A stretch of DNA of 64,000 nt from Squalus acanthias (lineage: Eukaryota): positions 62,001-126,000 of the forward strand of contig JASTWF010000048.1 of assembly GCA_030390025.1 (NCBI GenBank). Direction: 5' to 3'. The notes beneath the pieces are model-generated. The model did not search any database. It saw only the letters and a program-made list of their open reading frames with translations, and was not told where the DNA came from. The position numbers and the translations under genes were made by a program. Positions 22,928 to 35,861 of the stretch are shown here, piece by piece. Position 1 is the stretch's first letter. Each line of letters starts with the position of its first letter.

Positions 22928-23400
22928 TTATTTGTTTATTCGTTCACGGGATGTGGGCGTTTCTGGCAAGGCCGCCATTTTTGCCCATCCCTAATTGTGG
23001 TGGTGCCATGCCTTCTTGAATCGCTGCAGTCCGTGTGGTGAAAGGTATTCCCACAGTGCTGATTCTGTTGTCGTGGTTTGGTACAACTGAATGGCTTGCT
23101 AGGCCATTTCAGAGGGCAGTTAAGAGTGAACAACTTTGCTGTGGGTCTGGAGCCACATACAGGCCAGACTGGGTAAGGACAGCAGATTTCCTTCCCTGAA
23201 GAACATTAATGAACCAGTTGGGTTTTTAGAACGATCCGGTCACCATTACTGACAACAGCTTTTTATTCCAGATTTATCGAATTAACTGAATTAAAATTCC
23301 CCAGCTGCCGTGGTGGGATTTGAACTCACGTCTCCGGATTATTAACCCAAGGCTTTGGATAACTGGCCCAGGTACAGAACCACTATTCTACCGTACCCCA
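22928..23400 (-). mobile_element. tRNA-derived SINE nested in a minus-strand CR1 remnant (about 22640-23620)
   Basis: Minus-strand B-box-like GAGTTCAAATCCC at about 23316-23328 and A-rich tail at about 22930; CR1 sequence resumes on both sides. Confidence 0.65.
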
Positions 23401-24102
23401 TAAACTGAAACATCACTTCCACCCCTTTGTATTCCAGCCCACTTGAGATCTAAGACAGCATTCCATTAGCCTTATAAATTATTTTTGTACCTATTATTAG
23501 TGCTTTGTGAGCATGGATCCCTAAATTCCTTTGCTCCTCCACAGTTACTAATTTCTCATCATTTAAAAATACTCTGATTTAACTTTGTTAGGTCCAAAGT
23601 TGATGACCTCACACTTGCCCACTTAGCCCCTTGAGCCTGTTATCAAGGAACAGGAGGAGACCATTTAGCCCCTCCAGCCTGCTCCGCCATTCAGTTACAT
23701 TCTGGCTGATCATTATTTAAATCCCTCTGCCAATGTTTTGCCCACTCACTGAATCTGTCTATATCCCCATTGCAACTTCCTTTTCCCTCTGCTCCATTCA
23801 ATGCCAATCAGAGAGGGAGGGGTAGGGCTGTCAATCAGAGAGGGAGGGACGGGGCTGTCTATCAGGGAGGTAGGGGGCGTGGCTGTCAATCCACGGGGGA
23901 ATGGGCGGTGCTGTCAATTACAGAGGATGGGGATTTGTCTGTCAATTAGAGAGGGATGGTCGGCACTGTCCAAATCTGCATCACTTCCTTATGCTCGTTA
24001 TGTTTTCCAATATGATTTGAAAAGAGCGGGTTGGATCCTCACAAGACACAACTCTCCTCTTCTCGCTCTTTTCCTTATTAAGAGAAAAGCTTCAATTGAA
24101 TG

Positions 24103-24834
24103 ATGTATCTGTTACTGGGTCTGATGATCTTGCTTCACCGTAAGGGATAATTTCAAACAATAGGNNNNNNNNNNNNNNNNNNNNNNNNNNNNNNNNNNNN
24201 NNNNNNNNNNNNNNNNNNNNNNNNNNNNNNNNNNNNNNNNNNNNNNNNNNNNNNNNNNNNNNNNNNNNNNNNNNNNNNNNNNNNNNNNNNNNNNNNNNNN
24301 NNNNNNNNNNNNNNNNNNNNNNNNNNNNNNNNNNNNNNNNNNNNNNNNNNNNNNNNNNNNNNNNNNNNNNNNNNNNNNNNNNNNNNNNNNNNNNNNNNNN
24401 NNNNNNNNNNNNNNNNNNNNNNNNNNNNNNNNNNNNNNNNNNNNNNNNNNNNNNNNNNNNNNNNNNNNNNNNNNNNNNNNNNNNNNNNNNNNNNNNNNCC
24501 AATTTATTGACCTCCTTCTCTCCACCTCTCTTTCCCAGATGTGAACTCGCAAATTATCCAACAGACTCCCGCCGCTGTCTCCAAATCTGCTCGGGAGGGA
24601 GTGGATCTAAAGTGCACTGTGAAGGGCGTCAGTATCCCTTACATGTTCTGGTACAGACAATACCCGGGGAAGGAGCCGCAGTTGATGTTGTACTCCACAA
24701 CTGTACAAAGCGCGACTGCAGAGGGGAAGTTGGACGGTTTTACCGCCGAGCGACCGAATTGGAACGAGTTCAACCTTCAGTCCTCCAGACTGCAGGCGAA
24801 TCACTCGGCCGTGTATTACTGCGCCTGGAGTCTT
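24103..24834 (+). CDS. TRBV: TCR V family A, copy A7
   Basis: Leader 24103-24139; V exon 24539-24834 open; intron mostly N. Confidence 0.93.
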
Positions 24835-24873
24835 CACAGTGACTCAGAGAGATGGAGGAGCTCAACAAAAACC
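24835..24873 (+). other. 23-RSS (A7)
   Basis: CACAGTG-23-ACAAAAACC. Confidence 0.95.
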
Positions 24874-26319
24874 CCAAAGGCGACAGGAAACACATGTTTA
24901 AGATAAAACCGCGCGGTGCTGTTGGGTTGATTTTGCAGAGCGAACGTGTTTTTGACAACAAGAATATACGGGTTAGAATAAAATTGAGAGATTAGAAATA
25001 AAGGCACTGGAGCAGATGCAAAGAAAGATTAACATGGATGACACCAGAATTGAGAGGTTCTAGCTATCAGGAAATAATGAACAGACTCGGGCTGTTTTGT
25101 CTAGAAAAGAGAAGGTTGAGGGGTGATCTGACAGAGATCTTTAAATATTATCAATGGATTTGATAGGTTAGGCTTAGGGAAGAAAGATAGAAAGAAATGA
25201 AGATTGAAAGTAGAAGAGAAAGAAACATAGGAAGATAAAGGGAAATAAAGAAAGAAAGAAGGAAAGAAAGGAAGAAATAATGTAAGAACAAAATAAAGAA
25301 TAAATAAGGATGGAGGCAGGGAAGAAAAAAGAGAAGGAAAGAAAGATAGAGAAAAGAAAGAACGAAATATAGAAAGAAGGACGGTAATTAAAAGTACTTT
25401 TTTATACACTGATATTGTGCTTTCTTTCTCCACAGGGACAGTAGAGGGCGCTCTAGACCATGAAACACACCAGTGCCCGGAACATGTTTTAATCGGAACA
25501 CAGGAACAGGAGGAGACCATTCAGCCCCTCGAGCCTGTGACACAGGAACAGGAGGAGGCCATTCAGCCCCTGGAGCCTGTTACACAGGAACGGGAGGAGG
25601 CCATTCAGCCCCTCGAGTCTGTTACACAGGAAGGGGAGGAGGCCCTTCATCCACTTGCGTCTGCTCTGCCTTTTAATCTGTAATTCAACCTCATTAACCC
25701 GCCTTTGCTGCATATCCCTTGATCTGCTAACCCAAAATGAATCGATCCAACTCAGACTTGTGAGCTAAAATTGTCGCCCTGCATCGGTAGCCTTTTGGGG
25801 GCGGGAGTTCCATATTTCAAAAGGGAATTGGATAAGTACTCGAAGGATCAAAACTGCAGGGATATGGGGATTGAGCTGGGGGTGCGACTAACAGGATTGC
25901 TCATCGAAAGAGCCGATGCAAACTGCATGGGCCGAATGACCTCCTTCTGTGCTACACTATTCTATGATTCTATGAGTTTTTCAAAACAATTAATTGCTCA
26001 AAAGCCAGATTTTTGGGGAATAATTAGGGTCATTAAGGAAACCTAGCAAATTATTCCTTCTTCCATTTAGCTCTATATCCATGGCCATTCATGTTCCAGC
26101 TCAGCGAGTCCTATCTCTGATGTGGGACGTGTTCACTGCAGTCTGAATACAGTGGGGCCGTTTGCAAGTTCCCCAGTCAAGGACGAGTCTTTGAATCCTC
26201 CTGATCGTCATAGGCCCAACCATGCAATAGAGCAGATGAAAAGCCCGATGAGACCCGGATATTGTTGCACCGACTGCCTCACGTTATCAGAAGAGTTTAC
26301 TTTAGACCAGTGTTGTACA

Positions 26320-27343
26320 TGGGGAATAGATAGGCGTTTCTGCGGCCGCAAACGAGACTCCAGGAGGGTGAGTTGCCTCCCTGGTGCAAGGGTCAAGGAT
26401 GTCTCCGAGCGGCTGCAGGACATTTGGAAGGGGAGGGTGAACAACTAATTGTCGTGGTGCTTATAGGTACCAACGATATAGGTAAAAAAGGGGATGAGGT
26501 CCTAAAAGCTGAATATAGGGAGTTAGGTGGTAAATTAAAAAATAGGACCTCAAAGTTAGTAATCTCCGGATTGCTACTCGTGCCACGTGCTAGTCAGAGT
26601 AGAAATAGAAGGATATTTCAGATGAATACGTGGCTAGAGGAATGGTGCAAGGGGGAGGGATTCAAATTCCTGGGACATTGGAACCGGTTCTGGGGGAGGT
26701 GGGACCAGTACAAACCCGACGGTTTGCACCTCGGCAGTGCCAGGACCGATGTCCTAGGGGGAGTGTTTGCAAGTGCTCTGGGGGAGGCTTTAAACTAAAA
26801 TGGCAGGGGGTTGGGAACCTGAGCAGGGAGACAGAGGAAAGGGAAACAAGGATAAAAGCAAAAGATAGGAAGGAGAGAAACAAAAGTGGCAGTCAGAGAA
26901 ATCAACGGTTTAAATCAAACATGGCCACAGTAAATAATAATTCTAATAGGTCTAAAAGCGTTAAAACAAACTGAATGCTTTGTGTCTTAATGCGAGGAGC
27001 ATTCGGAATAAGGTGGATGAATAAGCTGCGCAAATAGAGGTAAACGAACATGATTTGATTGGGATTACGGAAACATGGCTCCAGGGTGGCCAAGGCTGGG
27101 AACTCAAGATCCAGGGGTATTCAATATTCAGGAAAGATAGGCAAAAAGGAAGGGGTGGTGGCGTAGCATTGGTGGTTAAAGAGAGGATTAACACAATTGT
27201 AAGGAAGGATATTAGCTCTGATGATGTGGAATCTGTATGGGTAGAACTGAGAAATACCAAGGGGCAGAAAACGTTAGTGGGACTGATATATAGACTTCCA
27301 AACAGTAATGCGGAGGTTGGGGATGGCATGAAAAGGGAAATTA
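26320..27343 (+). mobile_element. Internal CR1 fragment (ORF1 SGNH/esterase C-terminal part plus ORF2 endonuclease start)
   Basis: VSCLPGARVKDV, VVLIGTNDIG, YKPDGLHL (ORF1); IGITETWL..RKDRQKGRGGGVAL..ESVWVEL (APE endonuclease). Confidence 0.92.
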
Positions 27344-27344
27344 G

Positions 27345-27795
27345 TTACTGGGTCTGATTATCTGGTTTCACCGTAAGGGACTTTTTCAAACATTAATTCT
27401 TGTTAATAACCTAATTTTACGGTTTTCTTTCTTTCCTTTCTCCCATTTGCCCGATTGTCCCAGTTTACTGACCCCCTCCTCTCCCTGTTTCTTTCCCAGA
27501 TGTGAACTCGCAGAGTATCCGCCAGTTTCCCGCCACTGTCTCCGGATTTCCCGGGGATGGAGTGGTACTGAAGTGCACTCTGGAAAGCACCAGTATCCCT
27601 CAAATTTTCTGGTACAGACAGGATCCGGGGAAGGAGCCGCAGTTGATGTTTCACTCCCCAACTGCACATAGCGTGAATCCAGAGGGGACGGTGGACGGTT
27701 TTACCGCCGAGCGACCGAATGGCAACGAGTTCAACCTGAAATCCTCCAGCCTGCAGGCGAATCACTCGGCTGTGTATTACTGCGCCTGGAGTCTT
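27345..27795 (+). pseudogene. TRBV: TCR V family A, copy A8 (promoter and ATG replaced by CR1)
   Basis: Leader remnant 27345-27372 is preceded by an in-frame TAG; V exon 27500-27795 is open. Confidence 0.88.
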
Positions 27796-27834
27796 CACAG
27801 TGACTCAGAGAGATGGAGGAGCTCAACAAAAACC
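27796..27834 (+). other. 23-RSS (A8)
   Basis: CACAGTG-23-ACAAAAACC. Confidence 0.95.
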
Positions 27835-28221
27835 CCAAAGGCGGCAGGAAACACCTGTTTAAGATAAACCGCGGAGTGCTGATGCGTTTATTTTACAGAG
27901 CGAACGTGTTTTTGACAACAAGAAGAGACGGGTTAGAATATAAGTGAAATATTAGATATATAGGCACTGGAGAAGGAGGAAAGTAAGATAAGCAATATAA
28001 TGCAAGAATTGAGAGGTTTAGCCTATCAGGAAATGCTGAACAGTTTGGCACTCTTTTCTCTAGAAAAGCTAAGGTTGAGGGGTGACCTAACAGAGGTCTT
28101 GGAATATTATCAATGGTTTTGACAGGTTAGGAGTAGTGAAGAAATATAGAAATAAACGAAAATAGGAAGAATAAAATAAAGAAAGATCGGAAGAAAGAGG
28201 GAAAAAATAAATGAAGAACGA

Positions 28222-29720
28222 CACATATTTTCATATCCTCTCTGGCCACAGGGGAGGTGCCAGAGGACTGGAGAACAGCTAATGTAGTACCATTGTTCAA
28301 GAAGGGTAGTGGGAATAAACCAGGGAATTACAGGCCAATGAGCCTAACATCAGTGGTAGGGAAATTGTTGGAAAAAATTATGAGGGACTGAATTAGTCTC
28401 CACTTGGAGAGGCAAGGATTAATCAAGGATAGTCAGCATGGCTTTGTCAGGGGGAGATCATGTCTGACCAATTTGATTGAATTTTTCGAGGGGTGACTAG
28501 GTGTGTGGATGAGGGTAGTGCAGTTGATGTAGTCTACATGGACTTCAGTAAGTCTTTTGACAAAGTGCCGCATGGGAGACTGATCTAGAAGGTAAGAGCC
28601 CATGGGATCCAGGGCAATTTGGAACATTGCGTCCAAAATTGGCTTAGTGGCAGGAGGCAGAGGGTGATGGTCGAAGGTTGCTTTTGTGACTGGAAGCCCG
28701 TGTTCAGTGGTGTACCACAGGGATCGGTGCTGGGTCCTTTGCTGTTTGTAGTGTACATTAATGATTTAGATATGAATGTAGGAGGTAGGATCAGTAAGTT
28801 CGCAGATGACACGAAAATTGGTGGAGTGGTAAATAGCGAGTAGGGAAGCCTCAGGCTACAAGACGATATAGACGGGTTTGTCAGATGGGCAGAACAGTGG
28901 CAAATGGAATTTAACCTTGAAAAGTGTGAGGTAATGCATTTTCGGAGGACTAACAAGGCAAGGGAATACACAATGAATGGTAGGACCCTAGGAAGGACAG
29001 AGGATCAGAGGGACCTTGGTGTGCATGTACCTAGATCCCTGAAGGCAGCAGGACAGGTGGACAAGTTGTTTAAAAAGGCATATGGGATACTTGCCTTCAT
29101 TAACCGAGGCATAGAATATAAGAGCAGGGAGGTTGTGATGGAGCTGTACAAAGCGCTAGTTAGGCCACAGCTGGAATAGTGTGTGCAGTTCTGGTCGCCA
29201 CACCATAGGAAGGATGTGAATGCATTGGAGAGGGTACAGAGGAGATTCACCAGGATGTTACCTGGGCTGGAGCACTTCAGATATGAAGAGAGACTGGACA
29301 GGCTGGGGTTGTTTTCCTCAGAGCATGGAAGGCTGAGGGGGGACCTGATTGAGGTGTACAAAATTATGAGGGGCATAGATAGGTTAGATAGAAAGGAACT
29401 TTTCCCCTTAGTAGAGGGGTCAATAACCAGGGGGCATAGTTTCATGCTGATGGGTAGGAGGTTTAGAGGGGATTTGAGGATAAACTTTTTCACCCAGAGG
29501 GTAGTTGGAATCTGGAACTCACTGCCTGAAAGGGTGGTAGAGGCAGGAACCCTCACAACATTCAAAAAGCATTTAGATGAGCACTTGAAACGCCAAAGCA
29601 CACAAGGCTACGGACCAAGTGCAAGAAAATGGGATTAGAATAGATAGGGCTTGAAGGCTGGCGCGTACACGATAGGCCGAAGGGCCTCTTTCTGTGCTTT
29701 ATAACTCTATGACTGTATGA
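28222..29720 (+). mobile_element. 5'-truncated CR1 LINE (RT domain to 3' tail)
   Basis: SGVPQGSVLGPLLFVVYINDLD..KFADDTK; several stops; CTATGACTGTATGA tail. Confidence 0.95.
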
Positions 29721-31134
29721 CAGAAAGAAATAATGAAAGAACGAAATAAAGAAAAAAGAAAGGAATGAAGCAGGGAAGTTATAAATGAAGGAAAGAAATA
29801 TAAAGAAAAGAAAGAAAGCTCGACGGCAGAACGATAGTAAAGAATTATAGAACGAAATATAGAAAGAAGGAAAGTAATTAAAAGTACTTTTTTTATACAC
29901 TGACATTGTGCTTTATTTCGCCACAGGGAGAGTAGAGGGCGCTGTAGACAATGTAGACCAGTGCCCGGAACATGGTTCAATCGGAACACAGGAACAGCAG
30001 GAGGCCATTCAGCCCCAGGAGCCTCATACACAGGAACGGGAGGAGGCCATTCAGCCCCACGAGCCTGTTACACAGGAACAAGAGGAGGCCATTCTTCCAC
30101 TTGCGTCTGCTCTGTCTTTTAATCTGTAATTCAACCTCATTAACCCGCCTTTGCTGCATATCCCTTGATATCCTAACCCAACATGAATCGATCCAACTCA
30201 GCCTTGCGAGCTCCAAAGTGTCCCTCTGCATCCGTAGCCTTTTGGGGGCGAGAGTTCCATATTTCAAAAGGGAATTGGATAAATACTCTAAGGATCAAAA
30301 CTGCAGGGATATGGAGAAAGACCGTGGTATTGGGACAAACCGGATTGCTCTTCGAAAGAGCCGGCGCAGGCTCGATTGGCTGAATGACATCTTTCTGTGC
30401 TGCACTATTCTATGATTCGAAGAGTTTGTCAAAATACATAATTTCTCAACCGCTGGACTTTATTGGGAATAATGAGGGTCATTAAGGATACCTTGGAAAT
30501 TATTCCTTCTTCCATTTAGCTCTATATTCGTGGCCATTCATGTTCCAGCTCAGCGAGTGCTATCTCTGATGTGGGAACGGGTTCACTGTAGCCTGAATAC
30601 AGTGGGGACGTTTGCAAGTTCCCCAGTCAAGGGCGAGTCTTTGAGTCCTCCTCATCGTCACAGGCCCAACCATGCAATAGGACAGTTGAACAGCTCGATG
30701 TGACCCGGATATTGTTGACATGACTGCCTCACTTTATCAAAAGGGCTTACTTTAGACCAGTGTTGTTCATGTGTCAGCCACTAGTCACATGTGGCTAATT
30801 GGGAATCAAGGTATGGCTAATTGGGAATCTACATGTGGCTAATCGGGAATCCAGACGTGGATAATTTCATTTCTGATTAACAAACAAGAACCGAGCGATA
30901 GACACCGTTGTTGGGAATGTTAACGGCACAAGGTCCAGTCAGTCACTTGTAATTAGCAAGCACATCGATTCTGATTGGTTCGCTGGAGGAAGGGGCGTGT
31001 CCAACTCTGCATCACCTCCTCGCGGTGCTCAAGGTTTCCTCAATGATTTTTAAAGAGCGGGTTGGCTCCTCACAAGACTCCACGCTCCTGTTTTCGGTGC
31101 TTTCAATTATTAAGAGAAACGCTTCAAGTAAAAT

Positions 31135-31583
31135 ATGTGTCTGTTACTGGGTCTGATTATCTTGTTTCACCGTAAGAGACATTTGCAGACATTAATTCTT
31201 GTCAATAACCTACCTTTCTTTCTTTTTCTCCCATTGCCCGTCATGTCCCAATTTACTGACCTCCTCCTCTTCCTGTCTCTTTCCCAGATGTGAACTCCCA
31301 GAGTATCCGCCAGACTCCCGCCGCTGTCTCCAAATTTCCTAGGGAGGGAGTGGAACTGAACTGCAATGTGAAAAGCACTAGTACCCCTCAAATTTTCTGG
31401 TACAGCCAATACCCGGGGAAGGAACCGCAGTTGATGCTTTACTCATCAGCTACCAATCACGTGGATCCAGAGGGGACGGTGGACGGTTTTACCGCCGAGC
31501 GACAGAATGACGACCAGTTCAACCTGAAATCCTCCAGCCTGCGGCAGAATCACTCGGCCGTGTATTACTGCGCCTGGAGTCTG
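31135..31583 (+). CDS. TRBV: TCR V family A, copy A9
   Basis: Leader 31135-31171; V exon 31288-31583 open (WYSQ). Confidence 0.94.
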
Positions 31584-31622
31584 CACAGTGACTCAGAGAG
31601 ATGGAGGAGCTCAACAAAAACC
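31584..31622 (+). other. 23-RSS (A9)
   Basis: CACAGTG-23-ACAAAAACC. Confidence 0.95.
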
Positions 31623-32119
31623 CCAAAGGCGGCAGGAAACACCTGTGGATGATAACATTGTGCGGTGTTGTTGTATTTATTTTACAGAGCGAACGTGTTT
31701 TTGACAACAAGAAGAGACGGGTTTGAATAAAAGTGAGAGAATACATATATAGGCACTGGAGAAGGTGCAAAGAGAGATTAACAAGAATGACACCACTTTT
31801 GAGAGATTGTAACGGTCTGGAAAGTATAATAAAAATACTTTGGTTTTTCGGCACTTACACTGTGTTTTCTTCCAGCACAGGGACAGCAGAGGGCGCTCCA
31901 TGACCATAAAACACATCTGATGCTAGAACATAGTTAAATAGGAACACAGAAGCAGGAGAGCGACTAAAAGCTCGAGTCTGTTGTAGGGGAACAGGAGGAG
32001 GCCATTCAGCACTCCTCGAGTCTGTTACACAGGAACAGGAGGAAGCGATTCATCGCTCCTCGAGTCTATTACACAGGAACAGGAGGAGGTCATTCACCGC
32101 TCGACCCTGTCATGTAGGA

Positions 32120-33220
32120 ACAGAGGAACAGGAATAGGCCAATTTGCCTCTTTAGCCTGTTCCGCTATTCATAGAGTTCATGGCTGCACTGTTACCTAAC
32201 TCCATATACCCGCCTTTGCCCCATATCTCTTAATATCTCTGGTTAACTGAAATCTATCAAGCTCAGATTTAAAATGAGCAATTTACCTTTATCAAACGCT
32301 CTTTGTGGAAGAGAGTTTAATCTTCTGCCACCCTTTGCGTGTAGAAGTGTTTGCTAACTTCACGCCTGAATGGTTTCGCCAAGTCCCCTTGTCCAAGACT
32401 CCCCAAGCAGCAGAAGTAGTTTCTCGCTATCCACCCTAACAGTTCCCCGTAATATCTTTAAATCTTCGATCAAATCACCCCTTAACCTTCTAAAGTCCAG
32501 GGAATACAACCCCAGTTTGTGTAATCTCTCATCGTAAATTAACCCTTGCTGTCCAGGTATAATTCCGGTAAATACTAAGTGTGGTGCCCAGAACTGAACA
32601 CAGTGCTCCTGGTGTGGTCTAACTAGCGCTTTGTAAAGCTGTATCATAACTTCTACTCCCTTGTATTCTCGTCATCTAGTTATAAAGCCCAGAATTGCAT
32701 TAGCCTTTTTGATGATGATCTGCACCTGTCCATGACATTTTAATGATCTATGTACATGGAGCACTGAGTCTCTTTGGACCTCCATTGTTTCTAGCTTTTC
32801 ACCATTTAGAAAGTTCGCTGATCATTCCATTTCCAGTCCAAAATGGATGACCTCACACTTACGTACATTGAAATCAATTTGCCACAGTTTTTCCCATTCA
32901 TTTAATCTTTTAATATTTCTTTGTAAGTTAATGCTGTCTCTACTCTGTGTGCCATGCTGCCTTTGTGTGCCATCATTGTGTCATCGGAAGATTTGGATAT
33001 GTGGCTTTCTATCCCATGATCTAAGTCGTTAATAATTGCGGTAAATAGTTGAGTCCCCGACAAAAATCCCTGTGGGAAAGCTCTAGTCACAAGATACCAA
33101 TTAGAATACCTGCCCATTATCGCAACTCTCTGTCTCCTGACGCTCAGCCAATTCCATAATCAGGTCAATAATTTGCCTTCAATTTCCTGTCCTTCAACTT
33201 CAGCCAACAATCTCTTATGA
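32120..33220 (-). mobile_element. Degenerate CR1 LINE (duplicate of 7700-8800)
   Basis: ORFs 32360..32647 and 32902..33117 nearly identical to 7941..8228 and 8483..8698. Confidence 0.88.
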
Positions 33221-33646
33221 TGAACAGGAGGGGGCCATTTATCCCCACGAGCCTATTACTCATGTCTATGTCCCCTTTGCAACTTTCTGATCCCATCAAC
33301 TCAACTTACTGCCAAACAGAGAGTGAGGAGCGGAGCATTGTATATGCAGTGTTTTCTTCTGAATGATGATGAAAGTTGCGCTTAACACCCGCCAGTTCCG
33401 GGCCTTGCACACAACAGTCTCAGAGATCGGATATCTGACCATGTACATTGATTCTAATTGATTGGACTGCGGAAGGAGGCTTGTCCAACCCTGAATCACT
33501 TCCTTATGCTCTTCATGTTTTCCTCAAGAGTCGGCGAGGCGTTGACGTCAGAGACGCAAGACCCGCCTCCAACAATTAACCAATCGGTGCAATTCTCTGA
33601 GAAGCGGTTCCCGACTGATTTAGGAGCAGCGAATGAGCGGAGGGGG

Positions 33647-34466
33647 ATGGAAGTGTGGGACTGTGGGACCGCGTGTCTCTCACTCCTGCTCCACTGTCTG
33701 AGTCTGGAGATCAACTCTGGTCAGCGCACGTTTACCTTTCAATGCAGTTTGTTTTAATAGAGAGAGAGAGAGTGAGAGACTGAGCTAGTCAGTGAGGGAG
33801 TCAGAGAGACAGAGACACACAGACAGACAGAAAGAGATAAATAAAGGGTGAGGGAACGAGTCGGTGAGAGAGAGACAGACACACAGAGTGAGAGACATAG
33901 AATGTGAGTGAGGGATTTTGAGAGAAAGAGTAAGTGACAGAAACAGAGAGAGAGAGAGTGAGAGAAATAGAGATAGAGTGAGCAATTGAGACAGAGAGAG
34001 AGAGACAGAACGTGTGAGTGAGGGAATGAGAGAGACAGAGATTGATAGAGAGGGAGAAACAGTTAGATAGATAGATAGACATATAGATAGATATATAGAT
34101 AGGTAGAACTACAGAGAGATAGCTAGGGAAATAAATAGATAGACACAGATATATATAGATAGATAGGGCGAGTTGCTAATTGATTCTGAGGTTTGATTCT
34201 CACTCTCCACATTTCACTGGAAGCAGAGGCTGGTTTCTAGACCAGGAGCCGGGCTCACTGAACTTGTCCGCGAGCGAGCTGTTCCAGGTGAGTTGCGTGC
34301 TGAAGGAGTCGAGCTACAGCCACCTGTACTGGTACCGCCAGTATCCCGTCTCAAAGCCCGAGACCCTGATCTACTTCAGCACCAAGGGGGCAGTTACTCT
34401 GTACAGCAAGGAGCCGTTTACAGCCCAGAGACCCAGCGAGACGCACTTGCTTCTGAAAGCGGCCAA
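33647..34466 (+). pseudogene. Family C relic C3 (3'-truncated)
   Basis: Leader 33647-33719; acceptor AG changed to TG; V exon from 34220 ends at LLKAA and runs into a GA-rich tract; no second Cys or RSS. Confidence 0.85.
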
Positions 34467-35364
34467 AGAAAGAAAGAAAGTAAGGAAGCAGGAAAGAAAA
34501 AAGGAGAAGGATAGAACGAAAAATAGAGAAAAAGAAAGAAAGATAGAAACGCAGAAAGATAGAAAGAAAAATAGAACGAAATATAGAAAGAAGGAAAGTA
34601 AGTAAAATAATATTTTTTATACACTGACATTGTGTTGTATTTCTCCACAGGGACAGTAGAAGGCGGTCAATAGGAACACAGGAACAGCAGCAGTCTATAC
34701 AGCGCACCGAGCCTCTGACACAGTAACAGGAGAAGGCCATTCAGCCCCTCTTCCATTTAGCTCTAAATTCGTGTCCATTCACGTGCCAGCTCAGCGAGTG
34801 TTAACTCTGATGTGGGACGGGTTCACTGCAGTCTGAATACAGTGGGGCCGTTTGCAAGTTCCCCAGTCAAGGGCGAGTCTTTGAGTCCTCCTGATCGTCA
34901 CAGGCCCAACCATGCAATAGAACAGATGAACAGCCCGATGTGACCCGGATATTGTTGCAACGACTGCCTGAACTTATCAAAAGCGCTTACTGTAGACCAG
35001 TGTTGTCCAAGTGTTAGCCACTAGTCACATCTAGTTAATTGATAATCAAGGTATGACTAATTGGGAATCTACATGAGATTAATCGGGAATCCAATCGTGG
35101 ATAAATTCATTTCCGATTAGCAAACAATAAACGAGCGATAGACACCGTTTTTAGAAATGTTAACGGCATAAGGTCCAGTCAGTCATTGGTAATTAGCAAG
35201 CACATCGATTCTGAGTGGTTCGCTCGAGGAAGGGGCGTGTATCACTTCCTCACTCTGCTCAAGGTTTCCTCAATGATTTTTAAAGAGCGGGTTGGCACCC
35301 CACAAGACTCCACGCTCCTGTTCTCGCTCCTTTCAATTATTAAGCGAAACGCTTCAAGTAAAAG

Positions 35365-35822
35365 ATGTATCTGTTACTGAGTTTTATTATCTTGTTTCAC
35401 CGTAAGGGACTTTTTGAAACTTTAATTCTTGTTAATAACCTACTTTTCCGTCTTTCTTTCTCTCTTTCTTTCTTTCTCCATGCCCCACAATATCCCCGTT
35501 TACTGAATTCCTCGTCTCTTTCTCAGCCGTGAACTCGCAGAATATCCGCCAGACTCCCACCGCTGTCTCCAGAATTCCTGGGGATGAAGTGGAACTGAAG
35601 TGCGATGCGGAGGGGGACAGTAGCGATCGCATGTTCTGGTACAGGCAATACCTGGGGAAGGAGCCGCAGTTGATGTTTTACTCCTTGGGTATCAATGCCG
35701 TGAATCCAGAGGGGACGGTGGACGGTTTTACCGCTGAACGACCGAATGCCAACGAGTTCAACCTGAAGTCCTCCAGCCTGCAGGCGAATCTCTCGGCCGT
35801 CTATTACTGCGCCTGGAGTCTT
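35365..35822 (+). CDS. TRBV: TCR V family A, copy A10
   Basis: Leader 35365-35401; V exon 35527-35822 open. Confidence 0.94.
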
Positions 35823-35861
35823 CACAGTGACTCAGAGAGACGGAGGAGCTGAACAAAAACC
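35823..35861 (+). other. 23-RSS (A10)
   Basis: CACAGTG-23-ACAAAAACC. Confidence 0.95.

Noticed and set aside
23310-23400. tRNA gene
   Set aside because: Only a degenerate SINE head; no cloverleaf.
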